From positions 1,740,001 through 1,772,000 of the forward strand of contig NC_007614.1 of assembly GCF_000196355.1 (NCBI RefSeq): DNA of 32,000 nucleotides, written 5' to 3'. This DNA comes from Nitrosospira multiformis ATCC 25196 (GTDB lineage: Bacteria > Pseudomonadota > Gammaproteobacteria > Burkholderiales > Nitrosomonadaceae). Both the position numbers and the translations under genes were made by a program. Under the pieces are notes generated by a model, which worked only from the letters and a program-made list of their open reading frames with translations, was not told the origin of the DNA and searched no databases. Below are positions 28,095 through 32,000 of this stretch, piece by piece (positions within the stretch are counted from its first letter, which is position 1; each line of letters opens with the position of its first letter).

Positions 28095-31000
28095 CTAATG
28101 GGTGGATGATCCATTGAAATCAAGTCCCATCAAGCCAGGATTGCCGCCAGCAGCAGTGGTATTCACGCTAACCACCCGCTCAGCCGTCAGCCGATATAAA
28201 GGGAAGTCAGTGCCGGAGGCTGTAATGAATGCGACTAGAGCGCCTTCGCGTCCCGCCAGCTCGTTTCGGAGCCGGTACGCCTCATCTTCAGGGCCTGAAT
28301 AGAGCACCGCAGAAACGGGTGCGTGGATCCACTCCCGCTCGATGCGCAATCGATTCCGCACTTGCGACGGCAGCTTATCCAGCAACGCGCGCAAAGGCGG
28401 GTTATCAGCCAAGATAATCTGGTTGCCGGTTGCCAGTGCCGCCGCCATCTGCTCAAGCAATGCATCTTCGTCTACGGCAATACAAGCTACCGCTCTCCGT
28501 GGGGCGAATTTTAATGTATTGCTCTCGCCTGTCGGTCCCGGTAATGGAATGCTGAATGCAAAGGGTGTGCGCATCGCGTAATCCTCGCACAACGAGGCGA
28601 GTACGTCCCGTCCCGCTTGCCGAGCCCACGCGGCAAGCACTTGCAACTCAACTGGTGGACTGTTCACCCGCAGTCCGCCGTTATCCGCCAGCAAGAGGGG
28701 CGTCTGAGGCATCAGCCGATGCAGGTAGAGCGGCCCTCCGGCCTTGGGCCCGGTACCCGATTTGCCCTCCCCGCCAAAGGGTTGCACGCCGACCACGGCC
28801 CCGATCATATTGCGATTGACATAGATGTTGCCGGCATGCACACGCTTGGTAATGAAATCGATGGTCTCATCGACCCGACTGTGAATGCCATGCGTCAGAC
28901 CGTAGCCAGTCGCGTTGATCTGGCCAACAAGCTCGTCCACCCGTTCGCGGGCAAAACGCACGACATGCAGCACCGGCCCGAACACCTCACGCTCTAGCTC
29001 ATCTATATGATCAATCTCGATCAAGGTTGGTGCAACGAAAGTGCCGTTTGCGCAAACCGACGGTAGTGCCGCTTGGAACACGGTATGACCTGCCGCGCGC
29101 ATTTTTTCGATATGATCGAGCAGCGCGTGCTGAGCATCTGCATCAATTACCGGGCCGACATCGGTAGCGAGCTCCCGGGGATCCCCCACCGTGAGTTCTC
29201 CCATTGCCCCTCTCAGAACCTCCAGCACCTGTTCAGCGATATCTTCCTGCAAGCACAATACCCGCAGCGCCGAGCAACGCTGTCCCGCGCTATCGAACGC
29301 CGACGTCAGCGCATCCTGCACCACCTGCTCGATACGAGCGGATGAATCGACGATCATCGCATTCTGGCCTCCGGTCTCGGCGATGAAGAGGATTTCGCTT
29401 TTCTGCGCACGAAGGGCGAGTGTACGGCAAATGAGTTGCGCCACTTCGGTAGAGCCAGTGAAAATAACTCCACGCACCCGGACATCTTTGACAAGCTGCT
29501 CTCCAACCCTCTCGCCCTGTCCCGGCAAAAGCTGCAATGCTGCCCGTGGAATACCTGCCGCGTGCAGCAGCCTGACGGCAACGGCGGCAATCAAGGGCGT
29601 CTGCTCGGCTGGCTTCGCGAGTACGGGATTGCCGGCAGCAAGTGCGGCACTTACCTGGCCAATGAATATTGCCAGCGGGAAATTCCAGGGGCTGATACAG
29701 ACGACAGGGCCGAGCGCTGAAGACGGACTCATGTTGGGCCAGTCGCGTATCTGTTGCCCGTAATAACGGCAAAAATCAACCGCTTCACGCACTTCCGCGA
29801 CTGCATCCGGTAATGACTTGCCGGCTTCGCGTATCGCAAGTCCCATCAGTTCCGTGCGGTGCGCTTCCAGTGCATCCGCTGCCCGCTCAAGCATCGCGGC
29901 TCTGGCTTCATGCGATACACTTTGCCATTCGGCTACGAACGCGTGCGCGACAGCGATTGCATCTTCGACATCATGCTCGGTCGCCTCTACCACCGTGCCG
30001 GCGGAATCATTGCGATCAGCAGGATTGAGAACCCGTGAACCCGCATTTCCGGCATTCCCCCCCGCTGCCAGCACAGGCCTGGCTCTCCATTCACGCCTTT
30101 CCATTTCAGTCAATTCAGCAGACAGCGCAGCCAGCGCTTGCTCGTCGCTGAAATCAAGGCCTGCGGAATTCCTGCGCTTGTGGCCGTACAAATCGCCGGG
30201 TAAGGGAATCGCCGGATGAGGATGCACCCCCTCCTGTTCGATCTGACTGACTGGATCCGCAACCAGCTCTTCTACAACGATATCATCGTCGAGAATGCGG
30301 TTGACGAATGACGAATTTGCGCCATTCTCAAGCAGGCGGCGCGCGAGGTAAGCAAGCAGCGTCTCATAGCTGCCTACAGGCGCATAAATGCGGCACGGCT
30401 TTACGAACCGGTCCTCTTTCAGAAGTTCGACCTGGTCATACAGCGTCTCGCCCATCCCGTGCAGGTACTGGAACTCGTAATCTTCGATATCCGCATCCTG
30501 TGCTATTTGGTATACGGCTGACAATGTGTGTGCATTATGAGTGGCGAACTGGGGAAAGACCGCTTCCGCAGCGCGAAGAAGTTTCTGCGCGCAAACCATA
30601 TAGCATATGTCGGTGTGAATCTTGCGCGTGTAAACGGGATAGCCATCCAGCCCCTCTACCTGTGCACGCTTGATTTCCCCATCCCAGTATGCGCCCTTCA
30701 CAAGCCGAACCATGAGGCGATGACCGCTGCGCCGCGCAAGATCGATGAGCCAATCGACAACGAACGGGCATCGCTTCTGATAGGCCTGGACGACAAAGCC
30801 GATGCCATCCCAACCCGCAAGATCCGGGTCGAACACGAGCGCTTCCAGGAGATCGAGCGAGAGATCGAGCCGATCGGCTTCCTCCGCATCCATGTTGAAG
30901 CCCATGTCATAGTGCTTGGCAAGCAGCAGCAGTGATTTAAGACGTGGCAACAGCTCAGACATCACTCGCTCGCGCTGGGAGCGCACATAGCGGGGATGCA

Positions 31001-31760
31001 GTGCGGAAAGCTTTACTGAAATTCCTGGTCCCCTATAAATACCGCTCTTAATACCACCCTTGCCGCGCGACTTGCCGATAGCATGGATAGCCGAGGCGTA
31101 GGAAGTCCAGTAGCGCTGGGCGTCAGCCTCCGTTATTGCCGCTTCCCCCAGCATATCGTATGAATAACGATATCCCCGCATCTCGCGCTCACGGCTACGC
31201 TCCAGCGCTTCCTCGATGGTTTCGCCAATCACGAACTGGTGGCCCAGCATACGCATTGCCAGATCCATTCCTTTTCGAATCAGCGGCTCGCCCCCCTTTT
31301 CCATCAATCCGGATAATGCGGCTGACAGTCCATCTTCTCTGTGGGTCGAAACCAGCTTGCGAGAGATCAGAAGGCCCCAGGCCGCCGCATTTACGAAAAG
31401 CGAAGGGCTGTGTCCCACATGTACGCGCCAGTCACCCTTGCTGATCTTGTCCCGTATGAGACGATCTGCAGTCTCCCGATCCGGGATGCGCAGCAGCGCC
31501 TCGGCCAGGCACATCAGAGCTACACCCTCTTGACTCGACAGGGAAAATTCGTGCATCAAGGCATCCACGCCGCCCCTATGACTGTATTTGCCTCGCATCG
31601 AAGTCACCAGCTTACGGGCGAGTTCCTCAGCTCGGGCACGACTGCATGGCGGCCAATCGATCTGCCTCAACAAGCCATTCACGCTTTCAGTCTCATTGTG
31701 CCGATACGCGTGGGTAATTGCAGAGCGCAAGAAGCGAGGACAGGCGGCCGTTTTTCCCAC
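28095..31760 (-). CDS. putA: Bifunctional proline dehydrogenase / L-glutamate gamma-semialdehyde dehydrogenase PutA
   Basis: 1221 aa; proline dehydrogenase region (FNMDAEEADRLDLSLDLLE...RLVKGAYWDGEIKRAQ...YEFQYLHGMGE) and aldehyde dehydrogenase region (CISPWNFPLAIFIGQ...FTGSTEVAQLI...ETGGQNAMIVDSSA...AFDSAGQRCSALRVL). Confidence 0.96.
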   Translation of the reverse strand: MGKTAACPRFLRSAITHAYRHNETESVNGLLRQIDWPPCSRARAEELARKLVTSMRGKYSHRGGVDALMHEFSLSSQEGVALMCLAEALLRIPDRETADRLIRDKISKGDWRVHVGHSPSLFVNAAAWGLLISRKLVSTHREDGLSAALSGLMEKGGEPLIRKGMDLAMRMLGHQFVIGETIEEALERSREREMRGYRYSYDMLGEAAITEADAQRYWTSYASAIHAIGKSRGKGGIKSGIYRGPGISVKLSALHPRYVRSQRERVMSELLPRLKSLLLLAKHYDMGFNMDAEEADRLDLSLDLLEALVFDPDLAGWDGIGFVVQAYQKRCPFVVDWLIDLARRSGHRLMVRLVKGAYWDGEIKRAQVEGLDGYPVYTRKIHTDICYMVCAQKLLRAAEAVFPQFATHNAHTLSAVYQIAQDADIEDYEFQYLHGMGETLYDQVELLKEDRFVKPCRIYAPVGSYETLLAYLARRLLENGANSSFVNRILDDDIVVEELVADPVSQIEQEGVHPHPAIPLPGDLYGHKRRNSAGLDFSDEQALAALSAELTEMERREWRARPVLAAGGNAGNAGSRVLNPADRNDSAGTVVEATEHDVEDAIAVAHAFVAEWQSVSHEARAAMLERAADALEAHRTELMGLAIREAGKSLPDAVAEVREAVDFCRYYGQQIRDWPNMSPSSALGPVVCISPWNFPLAIFIGQVSAALAAGNPVLAKPAEQTPLIAAVAVRLLHAAGIPRAALQLLPGQGERVGEQLVKDVRVRGVIFTGSTEVAQLICRTLALRAQKSEILFIAETGGQNAMIVDSSARIEQVVQDALTSAFDSAGQRCSALRVLCLQEDIAEQVLEVLRGAMGELTVGDPRELATDVGPVIDADAQHALLDHIEKMRAAGHTVFQAALPSVCANGTFVAPTLIEIDHIDELEREVFGPVLHVVRFARERVDELVGQINATGYGLTHGIHSRVDETIDFITKRVHAGNIYVNRNMIGAVVGVQPFGGEGKSGTGPKAGGPLYLHRLMPQTPLLLADNGGLRVNSPPVELQVLAAWARQAGRDVLASLCEDYAMRTPFAFSIPLPGPTGESNTLKFAPRRAVACIAVDEDALLEQMAAALATGNQIILADNPPLRALLDKLPSQVRNRLRIEREWIHAPVSAVLYSGPEDEAYRLRNELAGREGALVAFITASGTDFPLYRLTAERVVSVNTTAAGGNPGLMGLDFNGSSTH

Positions 31761-32000
31761 GTTTTTCCTTATGAGCGAAGCGATGATTCCTGATGGGAAG
31801 CTGATTACGGCAAAAAGTTATAAAAGCAGTGCAGAACGTTCTAGATTTTCGAATCGCTTTTTAGAGCTCCTCGGAAATCCTCCCTTTTCTGCCCCTATGC
31901 TAGCGGAAGAAGGGCTTGAAAAGCATAGAACGCTTAATCCAAGCCTGTCTGTTCGGCCCCTCACATATCCCCGATTGCTGCGCAGACTGAAAACTCCGTG

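Noticed and set aside
28235-31533. Numerous ORFs on both strands overlapping the putA interval
   Set aside because: All are overlapped by one long, high-confidence PutA reading frame; typical spurious ORFs in GC-rich DNA.
1-32000. CRISPR array, restriction-modification, toxin-antitoxin, retron or other recognised defence system
   Set aside because: No regular repeat-spacer pattern and no reverse transcriptase, Cas, nuclease/methylase pair or integrase was found in the translated ORFs; the phage-like module is supported only by the regulator and its operators.

Overview
The window looks like a mostly ordinary betaproteobacterial chromosome segment, possibly Nitrosospira-like, although no taxonomic search was run. 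It carries the 3' end of a cbpA-like DnaJ gene plus cbpM; a ClsB/PLD-VTT plus EEP-hydrolase pair; an IS5-family element with a canonical -1 frameshift site; an SRPBCC protein; a P-type Ca2+-ATPase-like pump; an EexN-like lipoprotein; an NhaA antiporter with an N-terminal DsbA-like domain; OsmC; bamC, dapA, clpB; an FMN-binding glutamate-synthase-family protein; nadC; an acyltransferase; an internally duplicated hypothetical protein; and putA. The most interesting part is about 10.49-13.54 kb. It resembles an orphan phage-type immunity/regulatory switch: a short XRE/Cro-like regulator gene with three operator-like palindromes directly upstream, and two more about 1.5 kb downstream over a near-perfect sigma70 promoter. 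Both sites share the motif TACAAGT-N3-ACTTGTA, with 20-bp spacing between adjacent copies. No integrase, structural phage genes, CRISPR array or rRNA/tRNA gene was recognised.
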